This document shows positions 12,404-26,395 of a stretch of 64,000 bases of DNA, piece by piece. The notes under the pieces were generated by a model. The model worked only from the letters and a program-made list of their open reading frames with translations, did not search any database and was not told the origin of the DNA. Origin of the DNA: Bilabrum cf. latius (lineage: Eukaryota); contig OZ237754.1 of NCBI GenBank assembly GCA_965178125.1, forward strand, positions 558,001 to 622,000. Direction: 5' to 3'. Position 1 is the stretch's first letter, and the number at the start of each line of letters is the position of its first letter. The position numbers and the translations under genes were made by a program.

Positions 12404-15400
12404 ATGGCACAAGATCGGCCATCCTGGGCCCAGCTGTGCTTTAACGAGCTCGCTAAGTCAGGAAATGCGCTGGCAGCGGCGATTGGCGATGAAGCTGAAG
12501 CCGCAATCAGCGCTTTGCGCCATGCGCCCGCGCACAGGAGGCATGGCTCGTTCGCAGGCGACGACGAGCACGAGCACGAGGGAATCGAGGACAGCAGAGA
12601 GAGCGATGGCGCGCAAGGCCATAGTGGTAGCAGTTCATCTAGCGTGGCATCCGATGTGGCAAGGTTCCTTCCCAGTTTTGATGACAAGTCGTAGCTGCCG
12701 ACGTCGGCTCTATTTCCATTTGCTCTGCACTTTGCTGCCAGCGAACACGCAGATGCGTTCGTTTCGGCTATTCTGGCTATGCGACCTTCTGTGCAGCTTG
12801 CTAGTGAGAGCGTGTGCCCCTTGGGCGTGACTCGAACCCTGTTCCGAGCGATCGGACGGCTGGACTCTTCAGTGGAAGAGGCCTCGTTTGCCGGCATCCA
12901 GCACTGCTCGCTCGTCCTAGACACCGTGCATCGCTGCATGGAGGTATGGCGACCCGCTGAAGACGCAGCGCAAGAAGCAGCCGCGCGAAACTGGGCCAGG
13001 GAGGGGCTGGCAGAGGGCAGGGAACCGGCGGGCGCGGCCGCCGGGGCCGGGGCCGGCACAGCCGCTATTGCAGCCGACGGTGCTGGAGGTGGCTTCGTGG
13101 GAGAGGGCGGCATCCCTGCGGGTGAGAACAGGGGGGGCGACTGGTCTGGCATGGATGCTGCCAATGACGAGAGCATGCAGCCGTACCTTCTGCCCTATGG
13201 CAACAAGGCGCTGGCCAGCAAGCAAGCGGCCATCGCCCAGCGCGCAAGCACGATGACCGGCGATAGTGCCGTCGAGGATCCAGAGGCCTTGGCGGCAGGA
13301 AGTTCCTCGCAAACGGATACCACGCCTCTATTTCGCTACACGGCAGAGCGTCGCATGATTCATCGGCGAAGCGGCGCGATACCTTCGGATGGGGGAAGCA
13401 GAGCGGGCGGGCTTTCAAAGGGAACTGGCCCGCGCAGCAAGCGCAAATCGATGTCTGGAGCGCTGGCCCGCGAGAAGGCTCCCCTGAGGGGCAGCATGGA
13501 GCTGCAGTTCATTCGCACGGATCCCATCCGACCGGCGTGGCACATCGTGTCTCTTCCGCATGGCAGTAGCGGCCGACCGTCGCTCAAGATCCGAACGAGT
13601 GCCCCGCCATCTGCCAAGGTCGAGCTGCTGTTCCCGTCTGCCACAGTTCGGGCGCAGTTCCTCGCTAGGCTGTACGCGTGCATGCAGACCACCATGCCTA
13701 GGCCCATCATTCCCAAGCCGGCGGATCCAGAGCACCTGCTGGTGCCACCTGACGAGCTCAAGAAGACGGCCAGCCTGTCGACCCCGGAGCTCTTGCGTGT
13801 CGTAGCAGAGGGCCAGAAGATCGCGGCGAGGCTCCAAGCGCTGGATGACAAGAGGAAAGGGCTTTCAAGCGATCGTAAACGCGGATCAATTCTCTCACTA
13901 AGACCGTCGCTCGACACCAACATCGCACCCATCATGCTGGAGGCACCGGGCCAGGCTCCCTGGAACAGCACAGGCGAAGACGCTGGTGCTCAGGGTCCCA
14001 GTGTTGCCGCTAGGACCAAGCCGCTAGGTCCTGACACAGGAAGCCCTATGCGGACAATCCAAGAGTCGAAAAGCGGGGAGAAATCCAGCGCTGGTGTGGG
14101 TGGCCCCACGTCACCGATGACGTCATCGTCGTCACTGCGCCGCCGTACGCGGCGAGGTATGTCTGGTGATACTGCCGGGACTATCCCATTGCCAGGCTGG
14201 GCTGCTGCGAAAATCGCCTATTTGAATGCCTCCTCCCAGCAGCCGTTCAATGAGCGCGTCAGGCAGTACTTCCAGTCGCGGAACGGGCTCGGCCGTCGGC
14301 AAGGCACTGCCTCAAAGGAGGTCGTGGGATCTGTTAGCGGCAGCTCCAAAGGATTCGACTCAAGAACCCTGGCGCCTGACGTCGCTAGCTCGCGGACGGA
14401 ACACCCGTGGACGCCCATGATGGACGGTGTGCCGGTAAGGCTGTCCGTCGTCAACTGGAAGGTGGGCTGGCAGGCACCACCTGACAACCCCGACGAGCTA
14501 GCAAGGGCGATGGCACCGGAGGCAGCTGACCTGTACGTAATTCATCTGCAGGACGTGGCCTTCACCCATCGCAAGGAATGGATCAAGGCAGTGGAGAGCT
14601 TGCTGAGCAGCTGCCCTGCGAGGCCCGATGCCAGCGTGGTACCTTGGGGACGCGCGCCTGAAGGGGTAGGAGGCGGGGGAGGAATCTATTCCCAATCTGC
14701 GATCGCAGACGCGATGCATTCCGGCACGAAGCAGACTGAAGCTGGTGCGACCTCTTCTACTAGCCACAGGGCTTCAGCGCGGGGTCGCGACAAGCGAGGA
14801 GATGACGCAGACGGAGCTTCAGTTCGGAGTGAAGGCTCCAAGGATGGCTTGATTAGTGGAGCAATGGGCGAAGACAGCAACAGTGACTGGAGCGGGGTAG
14901 AAGCAGACAAAGTGCCCCGAGGTCTGTTGCAGCTTGCTGTCGATGCGATACGAAACGACGACCCGACGCTCGCCAGAGCAACTCGTGAGGACGTCGCTGG
15001 TCTTCGCCTGCTTGCTCAGCTAGGCGACCGTGGAGCCGCGATGGTCCTCGATCGGCGAAGAGGCAAGAGTAGGCGAGGAAGCATGGCCAGTGTGTCTTCA
15101 GCTTCCCGCATGGAGGGTCGCAGTAGCCCTGGCCCCGGTAGGTCTCACGCAGCACCCGCATCCGGCACGGACAGCGCCGTTGTTGCGGGTGCCAGGGGAC
15201 TGAAGAATCTCCATGGTTCATTCGGCTCGCTCCTTGAGCTGTTAGAGGAGCAGGCAGGGACAACTGGGGACGATACGACTGGGGGCTAGGACTCTGAAAC
15301 CGCGGGCTGGTTCTTTGAGGACAAGAGCGGTGGGCAGGCGTTGCAATCGGGTAGGGCAGACGCTCGGAATGGGGCGTCTGCAACGGCGCTGATTGCCAGT

Positions 15401-18400
15401 CAAGGCGATGATGCATTCCAGGCCATGTAGGAGGGAATGGGGTCGCAAGCCTTTGCGTAGACCGTGGTGAGGTGCTTGGAGCGCCTTGGTGCAGCTCCGC
15501 GCCTCACTCGGCTGGCCCAGCGGGCTGCGCGAAGCCTGGAGAAACAGACTCTAGAGCTCGTAGCAGCCGAGTCCAGGGATGCTAGGATGGGTGCGGTCGA
15601 GCGGAGCAGGAAAGTGGCCCTTGCTAAACTCCGTCAGATCGTGCAGCGTGCCTTCCGATCTCGATCGAGAGCCAGCGACCGTGGCGGGCCTGCCTCTGGT
15701 GGCGTCGGCAGCGCCGCTGGTTCTGAGGCTGGTGGTGGTGCCGCCGGGCAGGAGTTCTCCTCACCAGAGGAAGCCTACGCGATTCTGCTTTCTGGGAAGG
15801 ACAAGAAGACGAGTCTTTTTGCAATGGCCGGGGGCAGGCAGGAGGGTGGAGTGTGGCAGTACAACCAAGGCTTGATCGCTGATCGCACGAGGGCACGCGC
15901 AACACGGATGTCTTCGTAGTAGGCCAATGGCGCAGAAGGCGACAGCGACGGCGACATCGATGGAATGGGCTACACGTAGCAGAAGGCCTCTCAACCCGTT
16001 GGAACCCAGTCGGCTTGGCGTAGACCGGAGCCTAGCGAGGAGGCATCGAGCCGGTACAGGACAATTCGCACCGTGCAGTATCAGGGCCTCATGTCGCTTG
16101 TAGTAGTACGTGCAGAGCTGGTCCCAAGGGTGACAAAGGTTAACGTCAGCGTTGCACACGGTGCTCGCAGCCCATCCAAGTGCAGGGGCCACGGGAGTCC
16201 GACGGGTAGGGGGCAACGAGGAAAGGCGGTGCGTGCGTCCATGTTCGCTGGCCAACAACAGGCCCCCATCTACCACGGTGCAGAACATGCCGAGCACAGG
16301 CAGCACGTGCCACCGATAACACCAAAAGCTGAAGCTTCTCTGGCTGCTCTATCGTCGACTGCGAGTCGCTAGAGCTTCACCATGGGCAGCAGAAGACCAA
16401 CCCTTCACTCGCTTGGGGCAGCTGCAGTGCATGAAGCCACCGACCAAAGCGGAGCCGTTCAGCTGCCCCGTGCAGGTCTGTACGCCCACCCATCGGCAAT
16501 TGGGTGTTTAATGAAGGATGCCTTCGACAGCGACGATACGGATGCTGACACCGGAGAGAGTGCGACAGATGGGGAGTACCCCACGAGCGTGCTGCCCGCC
16601 GCCGACTGCGTGCACATGTACGCGCAGCATGGCTCATCCCCCTCCAAGGTATGTGATGTTGACGCGGAGGAAGCCGTGAGAATCTTCGCGACGGACCACA
16701 AGAAGCTTCAGCAGACGCTGCCGCGGGTGCACCCGCTGGCCCCTCCAGCGGACGTTGATGATGCCTACAAGAGCGTCGTAGTGAGCCATCGGATGCTCCG
16801 GCACAGCAAGCGAAGATGCCCGGCGAGCATTGCTATCGCGTTTGAGCTGTTCGAAGGACCCTCGCTATGTTTTGTCAACGTGCAGCTGGACGCCGGTCCG
16901 GAGCAGGAGGGGCGCAGGCACAGGCAGCTAGGCAGAATTCTGCGCCGTCTTGCGCGCAGCATGGGCAACGACGCCTTTGCTTCGTATTGCAGGGCCACGC
17001 ACACCGTCGAATGGCCGCAGCTTGGAACCAGTTTGCACCACGTTTTTGATGACGTCGTTGTTGCAGGCGATATGGGCTTCGGCCAGGGGCCCTCACAAGC
17101 GCTGGCTTATCCAGCGGCGCGCACGCCGTTGCCCCTCGGTATCAAAGAAGCCATCGCGGTCACAGACACGGATGCCGATCCGGAGCTTGAGCCCACGCTT
17201 CAGAGGCTCTGGGCAGCGGCAGTGGCCGGAATCCGCGTGGAGCTGACACGGTCCGTGAGTGTACGACGACCACGATGGGCAAGGTGGATCGGGCCTGGTG
17301 CTGCGTACGATCTTGAGCTCTTTGTGATGCGAGCTAGCAAGCAACCGGGCAGGCGGATGTCTCGCCTAAGAAGCAGCGGGAGCAAGGCAGGATTAGTTAT
17401 GTCTGATCACGATTTAGATCTAGCGGTGGGCCTCGCTCAGCCGATGAGCCCATCGGGCAGCTCTAGCAGCAGCAGCAACAAGGGCCAGCGGCTGTCCTTT
17501 GCACCACCCCACGCTAGAGGGCGGGACGACTCGAGGAGGTCAAAGCGATGGGAAGAGAGGCGCAAGAAGCTACAGCTGCTGAAAGAAAAAATGAATAGGA
17601 AGGTGGGCCGCAGTGGCCCCGAGGAATCGGACGGCGTGTCTTCCACACCTGACAATGCAAGCCCCCGCAGTAGCAGGGGCTTGTCAAGGCTGACTAGCTA
17701 CCAGTCAGCCAAATCAAATGCATCGGGCAGCCAGACGCCTAAACTTAAGACTCTCCGGCGTGGGAAAACTTCGTTCATGGCATCGTCTAGAAACAGGAGG
17801 GCAAGCGACATTGCTGCTATTCTTCGAGAGCGAGGCAGAGCGGCAGGCGCACCGGTTGTGTCATCATCCGACAGCTCCGATGATGACGAGGTTCGCGAGG
17901 TCGATATCGTGATACCTGACTACATGCGACCACCCGCGATGGGTAGGCGCGGCTCGACTGGAACACCTCCTAAGCCGCAAAGGGCAAAGTCGATGTTCGA
18001 ACGGATTGCGGGGGGCTTCACCGCCGCCACGCGCTACTTGAACAGGACGAAGACTGTGCAGGAAGAGCATGAGGATGAGATGGCCGCGGCTGAGTACCAG
18101 GCAGGCATGGCGGCCGCAGCGGCCGAGGGCGTCGACGGCAGCCAGGCCGACGTGAAGCTCTACGAAATCACAGTGTCCGTACCCATGGCTATGCTGCGGC
18201 TCGCCAGATCCAAGCCCACCAACGCGACAAAGTTCCTCCACATGTTGCTTGAGAGCGAGGCGAACGAGCAGCAGCGATCAATGCGCACTTGGAGGGTGAG
18301 ACGGTCCCTGTTTGAGTTCCACTGCCTGCACCGGCTGCTCCGGGCCAGCTCCAACGCTGAGCTGCCGCGGTTCCCTCTCCTGAAGCAGCGGCGCTCCGGC

Positions 18401-21400
18401 GCCCTCTTTGTTGAGAAGAGGCGGGTGTCTCTAGAGAGATACATCGTGCAGCTGGCCAGGATTCCCGCCGTGTGGCGCGTGCCTCACCTGGCCACGTTCT
18501 TGGATTCGCCAAGCGAGCCAGTGCTTAGGACGTCGGTGCTTAAGGCATGGGAGGACGCCCTCGCTCGAGACAAGGGAATTCCGTCCGATGCCCTTGATGT
18601 GGGATTCCCGAGCACTTCGGACCGAGTCGGGCTTAGAGATGGGGAAGTGCTGCCGGAGTTCACCGCCCCAGCGGAGTCGGGCGCTGGAGGCATGGGAGGC
18701 ACAAGTCCCAATTCCATCGAACGACGGTTGTGGCTGGCCGGCCGGCGATCCTTGTTTGGACCAATGGGGCTTGTTGTTCCCACGACAGCCTAGATAGTGT
18801 TCCGATTGAAGACCAAGGCGGCTGCGGTGCACTCAGTGGACGTTGCTGGCGCGGCTGATGGGCACGAATCGGACGACTCGGCCCAAGTTCGATTGCCGGG
18901 CACTGCCAACAGCATACCGTGCTTTCGGCCGGTGATTGACCTGGCGGCTGGCACCAGCAGCGAGCTCCACTCCGTAGCGTTGAAAGAAATCTAGACACAG
19001 TGCATGCTGCTTGAGCTCGCGTGCAGACCTGCACATGCTACCGCGCCGGCCTGGGCTAGGTCCTCAGCATTGCGACAGGCCGCTCGACTGGAGGACATGG
19101 TGGTGCAGCCGGACAAGGTGCTCGCAGGGCTGCTGCTTCGGAACCGAGGCACACTGGCAGTGCAAGAGCTGTTCAAGCGCAGCATGTTTGATGCTCGCGC
19201 CAGCAGCAGTGTCTCCAGTGCCGGGAACATTATCGCAGGTCGATCGTTGCTTGGCTTCCTTGGCAGCAAGGTCCAGGCAAAACATGAGGCTGGCAGCCGT
19301 GGGCGCGCAGGGAGACCCGCGGATGACTAGAGCGAGCCGACACCGCAGCAGCAGCTGCAGCATCGCAAGTTTGTGATGGCAGCAGCCATGTCCACAGGCT
19401 TGTACTCGTTCGCGAGCGACGGGCACTCCGCCGACGCTTCTGTGCGCCTGGACGAGGGAGGTTCTGTGATCGTGCGTCTGCTCGACCTCGAGTTTCTCCC
19501 ATGCCTGCCCCAACGAAATGTTCTTGATGGGACGAGCGCTGATGCAATCGCGCCAGCGGGACTTGCCGCTGGTTCCACCACAGCGAGCGCGGTGTCGACT
19601 GCTGCAGGGAGCCAAGCCACAGGCACAGGAGCGGCAGGCAAGCTGGACGACGAGGCTGATGCGGATGAGATTGACGGCGATTCAATCGACCATAGCATCT
19701 GGACCAAGCTCGCTCATGGGCACGAAAAGACAGGGCTTAGCCTCTCTGCAGCTATCCACTCCAAGAGCGCCTAGGGAGTTGCCACTGCACCCATGATAGG
19801 CGCCTACGCAATCGAGCAACGCGAACAAATTTCCATGTTTCGGTAGATTAGACGAGCAGCAAAGTCCTCTAGCATTTGCAGGGGCAAGGTCCCTAACGAA
19901 CCGCAAGCGAGCGGCCCATTGTCCGTACCAGAGTGCAGATTTAAGTGGAGCGAGTCTGTCATCCCAGCCATCGTGCTGCAAGACCCGAACCAGTTCCAGC
20001 ATGGCCCAGAGGAGGAGCTGGTTGTTGTGCTTAGGTCTCGGTACGACAAGCTGCTGTCGCGTCGGGATGCATTCGTAGGCACCGCGACGATCAAACTGGG
20101 CACGGCTGCCAGCTAGACGAACCCCGTGGCGGGTCCCCCTCGCCCTGACGAGCCTCCGGGCTGGAGATCCCCACCTGCGTCCGTCGAGTCCAGCGTCATT
20201 GGAACTGCGATTGGGGGCAGGCACCCAGCGGCGTCAAAGTACGTTGAGGATGAAACTGTGCGCATCGCTAGCTTGGGTGAGCCGCCAACCCCCCACCCCG
20301 AGTCGTGGTCCATTGACGATTTCTCCGCAGAAGCGGGCTCAGATGACGACTCCGATGACTCGGACGGCGTGGGTGACGGCGTGCGCGACGAGGAAATGGG
20401 TGTCGGTGGAGGGGCCCCATCTGTGGCTTGGTCTGATCGGAACGACGGCAGCATGATTGCTGGCGGAGGTGGCGTGCATGGAGAGGTACTTAGAGGCATG
20501 TGCCGGTCCCGGCTGGTGAGTGACTCGCCAGACGCACACCGGCTTGGTGTGAAAGGCAATAACGGGGCATTTTTCGTGCCCGTGTATGCACCCGGTGGAC
20601 ATCGTGTGGCCGGTTGGCTGCATGGCAGAGTTGCAGTCATCGTGCGAGAGTCGCCGGCACAGGAGGCTGCACGAGCTGTCATGCTGCGACGGGAAACTCT
20701 CAGAAGGCAAGCGCTCGCCAGCCCGCAGCTGCGATCGTTCTTCGTGCCTCTTGCCGCCAGCGGTTTCTCGAGAGACACGGCAGGGGGCAAGGGCCAGAGC
20801 GGTTCGGACCGGGACTCGGATCTGTCCGGGGACGAGTCTGAGGGATCGGAAGACTATGACTACGCAATCGTGGTGATGCCTGGCGGTCTCATCTCCAAGG
20901 AGAAGGGTCTTCGCAGCCCAGGCATCCGCATTCCACACCCGGTGCAATGGTCTCAGGCGCAATTAAAGACCTTCCGCGACCAGGTGAAGGACTTTGTGAG
21001 GCACTCGAGCATTTAGGACGCGGGTGGGCGCCAGACCTCCCTCAAACTTACTCGCTCGTTGCACATGCGGTGCGGGAATTCAGTCCGTTTGCACGACGAA
21101 CAGGGAGTGTACGTTGGATACCCGATCCAGTTGGAGTTTGTGGGGCTTGAGTGGACGGTGATACGCAGGTATCGCCAATTCGTAGCTCTCGATGCAGCAC
21201 TACGGGCACACGCCGTTGCGTTGCGAACTGCCGTGGAACTGCAAGCGAAGCAGGTGGCTGCCGAGAAACAGGCTCTAAGGGAAAAAATGGATTCAGACGC
21301 TGCGACGCACGAATGGCGGCTAGGAATCGGTCCCGCACATTCTTCTGACGTCAACGAGAAGCTGCAAAGACGGTTTGGAGCCGCTGTGGGGTCCATGCAT

Positions 21401-24400
21401 CACAGCAAGGGACGGAGCGAATCGCTAGACGGGCCGGAGAGCTTCTCTGGCCACAGCATTGATGGAAACGATGCGGAGGACGCGGAGGCTCAGGCGCTCG
21501 GGGACAAGGAGGCATTCCTTCGGGCCATGTCGCGACAGCTCGGGATCGAGCAGCTGCCTAACGTGCCCAGCAAGTTTCATCTCGCAAGCGCTCTGGGCAA
21601 CCGGCTGGCGGAATCTCGGCGGGAGGCTTTCCAGGACTATCTCAGGGACCTTGCCAAGCTGCCGTTTGTGTGGCAGCACCCTGCGTTCATTCGGTTCCTC
21701 GACAGCCCTAGCAAGATCATCTACCGATCGCAGTCGTACCTTAGAGCCCTAGCCCTGCTCCGCGGGTAGCCTGCCTTCGCGTCCGAAGTAGCCGACTCGC
21801 TCAGCCCGGCTGCAGGGTCCATTGCCTCGGTGACAGACTCGCTTGCAATGATGGGAAGTATGGGCTTAAGCACAGCCCTCACCATTCCAAGACCGCCACC
21901 GACCGGCCGACACGACACGAGCGCTTCGGCAGTTGCCGCCGGTATGGTGCAGCTGTTTGGGCGTGAGTGCGCCGCGAGGGCCTGGGGCGGGGCCAGTTCT
22001 GTCCGTGAGAGACTGCTTGGTGTCCGGCGGGCCACGATGTCAGAGGCAACTCGGATCGTGCGAGCCTCCTTCGGGAACGGGATAGCGGTACCAGCCTGGG
22101 CCGCAATGATCCACGCGTTGAGGGTTCAGCTCATGTCGCAAGCGGCTGCCAGTAGCGTGTCTGGCTCCCAGTCCGTCGCTGGTGATGAGGCAGCTGCAGT
22201 CGACGCGCTTGATATGGCCCGGGCTGCACCGCGCATTCCGATGCGGCGGTCATCATTTGCCGGACTGCTGGGCGCAGCAGCGCGCCTTGGAACTCGCGCG
22301 GGGGGACAGCCGCTCGAGGTTGATTACTCGCCGAAGGTGTTCCAGAGATCCACGTATCTTGCCAAGTTCGACGACGGCAGCACGTTCCAGGAGGCTGCAC
22401 TGCACGTGCAATCCAGCCCCTACATGCGCCCACCAGGCATGCTGTCTCCGGAAGCCATCGAGCTGAGGCATTTCCCGGCATAGGTGGGTAGAGTGAAAGA
22501 CCCCGTCCCGATGCTTCAGCTGGACCAACTGGAGGAACAGGAAGCGACCGTCGACCGCGAGCTGGACGGTGATGCCAGCGCTTCTCCACCTCTTGATCCT
22601 GCCAACCCGGCTATAGAGACAGGGGCAGACAATCAATAGACACCCGCCATGAACCTGCCTGCCTTTGTGGCGCCAAGCAGCTCAGGAGGTGCATCTTCTC
22701 CTACTCACCAGCGATGGTCATCGCACCTGAAGGAAAGGTAGGGCGAGGAAAACGACTCGTATGGACCCAACCCCGCGGGCAAAAGTAGGGCCGGGTCTAG
22801 CCAGCAGCACGAAGCGAAGAGTAAGCATCCATCGCTGCTTGACAGCGAGAACAGGTTTGGACCGCTTGCGGTGCATTCCACCCACCTTCCGCCGGCAGAC
22901 GGGCACCGGAACGACGGCAACGAATCAGATGCCACCGAGCTTGTGGAACAAGATGGTGGCCTCACTGACAACGACGACGGTGATACGGGGACTGGGTTGG
23001 GAACGGAGTCTGCTGCAGACGAGCACGACTAGGCAGAAGAAACGATCGAGAGGGAGGCAAAAGCAATCGCTTTGGCGAGACGTACTTCCTTTAAGCCAGA
23101 CCCAGCCGAAATCAACCAGGATGCTGGCCAGCACGAAGGCAAGCAGCTCGCTCGGAAGCTGACAGGGGAGCAGCGTGACATGCGTGCCCATGCTTCCATG
23201 CCGACCAACCCGCTCTTCCCCACCGATCTCGGGAAAGCAAAGCAGCTTCTCGCCAGCCACCGCAGCCAGCGATCCGTGTCAACAAAGGCGACGCTTACCG
23301 CGGAACAGCTGGCCCACGCTGCCGAGCTGGCTCGCACAACGTCATCGCGGGCCCGGCAGCAGCCTCGAACAGATCGAGAAACCACTTCGCAGCAGCTGAT
23401 GCCTATCCACTCAATGCCCAGTGTGTCGACCGTGGGGAGTGGCAGCAGATACCTGGAGTCTGCAGAGGAGGAGAGAGAGCAAACAGAACGGGAGTACAAA
23501 CTGGCGCAGGAGCTCGGTGTAGCGAGGCCGAGCGCTTCTCAAGGCAACAAGCGGGACCGCGGGCGATCACGCAGCAGATCGCCGCCGCTGGGTAGCGGCC
23601 GACACAGCCGATCTCCGTCCCCTGTTGATGGGCTGAAACGATTCTCCAGATCACAAGATCGATCCTCTCCCACCAGCGACCGCACCACCAAGCGCACAAA
23701 GTATTCGCCTCAAATGCCGTGGGAAAGCCAGCGCGAGTCGATGCGCAGGCGGGGACACAGATCAGGGACTAGCGATTTGGGGACGATGGCTACGGTGTTC
23801 CTGGGCTCCATGCAGGATCACCTTGCCGGTGAAATCGACGACTCACCAGGGGCGCACAAAGCCTCTCGTCGGGGAGACCTGCAGCACAGCGGCCGAGTGC
23901 TGACCGTCACGAGGTCAGCTTCAGTGCCTACCACGAGCTCTGGCGGTGGAGCAGCACCTTTCAGTCCTTTGAATGCCAGTACAAAATCGACGTGGAGGGT
24001 TCGACAGCCGAAGCGGGATGCTGTCGCGGCTGAATCCAGGCGTAAGGTCGCCCAGGAGGCTTACGATCGAACACTCCGGAAGCGCGTGCAATCAAGTCTG
24101 CCAGTTTCGGGGGCGGGTGCGCCTGCGCCGTCGGCATCTACGCCACCGTACCATGCTGCAAACTACGTCGACGACCATGATCTGGAGGCCATTGACATGC
24201 TTAGCGAGTCTTCTGACGACGACCAGAAGGAGGCTGCTACTCTGCGGGCCCAGACCAAGATGCTGCAAGAAGCAAGGGGCAAGCTGAAGGTGGAGGTTTC
24301 TCCCGATCTCGAGGGCAAGCTGAGGCTGGTACCAAGGCAAAGCAAGTACCGGGGGGACGCATCGCTGGATCGAATGGAGTTTGCTCACCACACCATCAAG

Positions 24401-26218
24401 GCGCGCAGGAAGTTGATCGATGACGTCATTTTGCGGAGCAAAGAGCTGCTCCGAAGCATGGGGAAGGGGTCTCCCGCCAGCTCGTAGGCTCTCAAGAGCC
24501 AGGATGGTGATGGCATGGGCGAGGACAGCTTCAGAGACGAAGACGATTTGACAGCAAGCGTTGCATCGACTTCGAAGGCCTCAAGCATTGAGCTGAGTGC
24601 TCTGCACGTAAAGCCGCTTCCCTCCGCCAAGAAGGGTTTGCCTGCAGCTAGGCCACCTGTGACATCTGGGACATCGACCATCGCAGAGCTTCGGGCCGCC
24701 GGCCTGGCTCAGAGCAGTCTCCGGGGACTCTCCCCGCGCTCATCGATCGAAGACGTCGACACACCGCGCAAGACCGCCCTTCGCAAGGAGTCGGAGCACT
24801 CCGCGCGGCGTGGCAAGGGGAAAGCGGTGCGATTCGGACCGCCATCGAGTCGAGGCAAGGGCAGTGCAGAAGCTTCAGCAGGCCAAACGGAGGTCAATGG
24901 CAGTCCCAAGTAGCCGCGCGTCTAGGCTGTCGATTCAATCGCCCCACCCTAGCCACCAGCCGTGTCAGGGCACAAGGCGGAGGGGGGGCACATTCCGGCC
25001 GTGCCAGGCAGCTCTGCAGCGGCACAGCAAAAGAATGCGCGCGGTGATACGTCCGAGTCGAAGAACGATGGGGCGGACTCAGGAGGTGGTGGTGCAGGTG
25101 GTCCCATCGAGGATTTTGGCGAGTCTCTCCTCCTGGATGTGCAGCCGTACGAAGCTGGGTTAGTTGACGAGGAGGGCATCCCGCTTGGGACAGCAGTCGG
25201 CACCAATCGTAGCAACGAGGGCAGCGCCAGCAGTAGCAACGGAGCTGACCGTGAGAAAAGTAGCAGTAGTGCAAGCTCCAAGAAATCGTCATCCGTTGGT
25301 GGCGCGCCCAAGATTGGGATTCGTGCTCCACAACCTGAGGGACTGGACTCGGGCCCCAGCTTTGCCTCGAGTGTTGAAACGCCGCGGATCCATTTTGACT
25401 CGGACGAGAGTGTGGACGAAGCAGCGCTCATCCGGCAGGCCGTCAACAAGAAAGCAATGAGAGCTGAGAGGAAGAGCCAGAGATAGGAAGCAAAGGCCTT
25501 TGCGTACGGTGGAAGCCCCTCTGCCGAGGCCGAGCCAGCACAGTTGTCGTCGCTAGCACCGCCTACTGGTGTATCCGTGGCGTAGGGCTCGCCTGCTGGA
25601 ATTTCTAGTGGTACTGGCGCAGCGTCGCGGGGAGGGTCCGCTGCCGAGAGCTCCGCAGAAGCACAGCCGCAATCGACAGGCTCAACTGCCCCTGGCGCAA
25701 ACGCTGAGTCTGCACCTGCACCTGCTGCTGGCAGTACAACACAGGCAAATGTGGACAAGCCGCAGGCAAGCAGTGCAGATGGCAAGGCGGGAGGCAAGCC
25801 TAAGCGAACCGTGTCGGTTAAGCACCAGGACGTCCTCGATCAGGCACGTGTGGAGCGGAGGAGCGGGGTTGCCTCATCGGCTAGGCCCCGCAGACCGAAG
25901 CGGGCAGCACCCAAGCCGAGCGTGCTCGTGGGCAGTATGGTGGGTGCAGGCAGGCCATTCCGTGGACGGGAAGGCATGCCTGACGACGCACTGCCCTACC
26001 CAGCGGCAGGAGTAGGACCTGAGGCGCTGCTACTCACAGGCGGTCTCCCTTTCCCCGAGGCTGGTTTCGGAGACCGGGTCATGGTGGACGGCTTCAGCTT
26101 CGAGGCGGCCGAGGTGCTGGCCAGGGAGGGCCCGAAGGGGTTGCGCAGGCTGGAGACCGAGAAAGAGATTCGGCTGGTGCGGAGGGGGATGGAGCTAGCG
26201 GGATTGCACGAGTCGTGA
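12404..26218 (+). CDS. Giant intronless phosphoinositide-related protein (~4604 aa): PH-like, degenerate inositol polyphosphate 5-phosphatase, PX, C2-like, PX, long disordered tail
   Basis: 16 ORF-track pieces in one frame; gaps checked by hand contain 26 TAG and no TAA/TGA until TGA 26216. 5-phosphatase-like segments RLSVVNWKVG..DLYVIHLQDV, SLCFVNVQLDAG, VVVAGDMGF; PX motifs WRVRRSLFEF..LPRFP..EKRRVSLERYI..FLD and WTVIRRYRQF..LPNVPSK..ESRREAFQDYL..FLD. Confidence 0.85.
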
Positions 26219-26395
26219 ATTTTGCGATAAGATGACGTTTCTGTTTGTTGCAGCGCATCTGGAGCTTCGCTGTCGAGCCAGATGCGTCGGCTCCGGGTCG
26301 ATCGGATCAACGACACAACACATTGCTTGGAAGGGGAAACCACAAGCTCAGAAATATACAGAAAAGCAAACAGTTCATTGATTTTCAAGCGTTTT

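Noticed and set aside
12404-26218. Ciliate-type code (TAA and TAG both Gln)
   Set aside because: 26 TAG and zero TAA in this frame; no internal TAA in any gene model
12404-26218. TAGs removed as intron acceptors or within small introns
   Set aside because: Frame is preserved at every site, no matching donors or AT-rich segments as in the real introns, and tandem TAGTAG occurs in coding context
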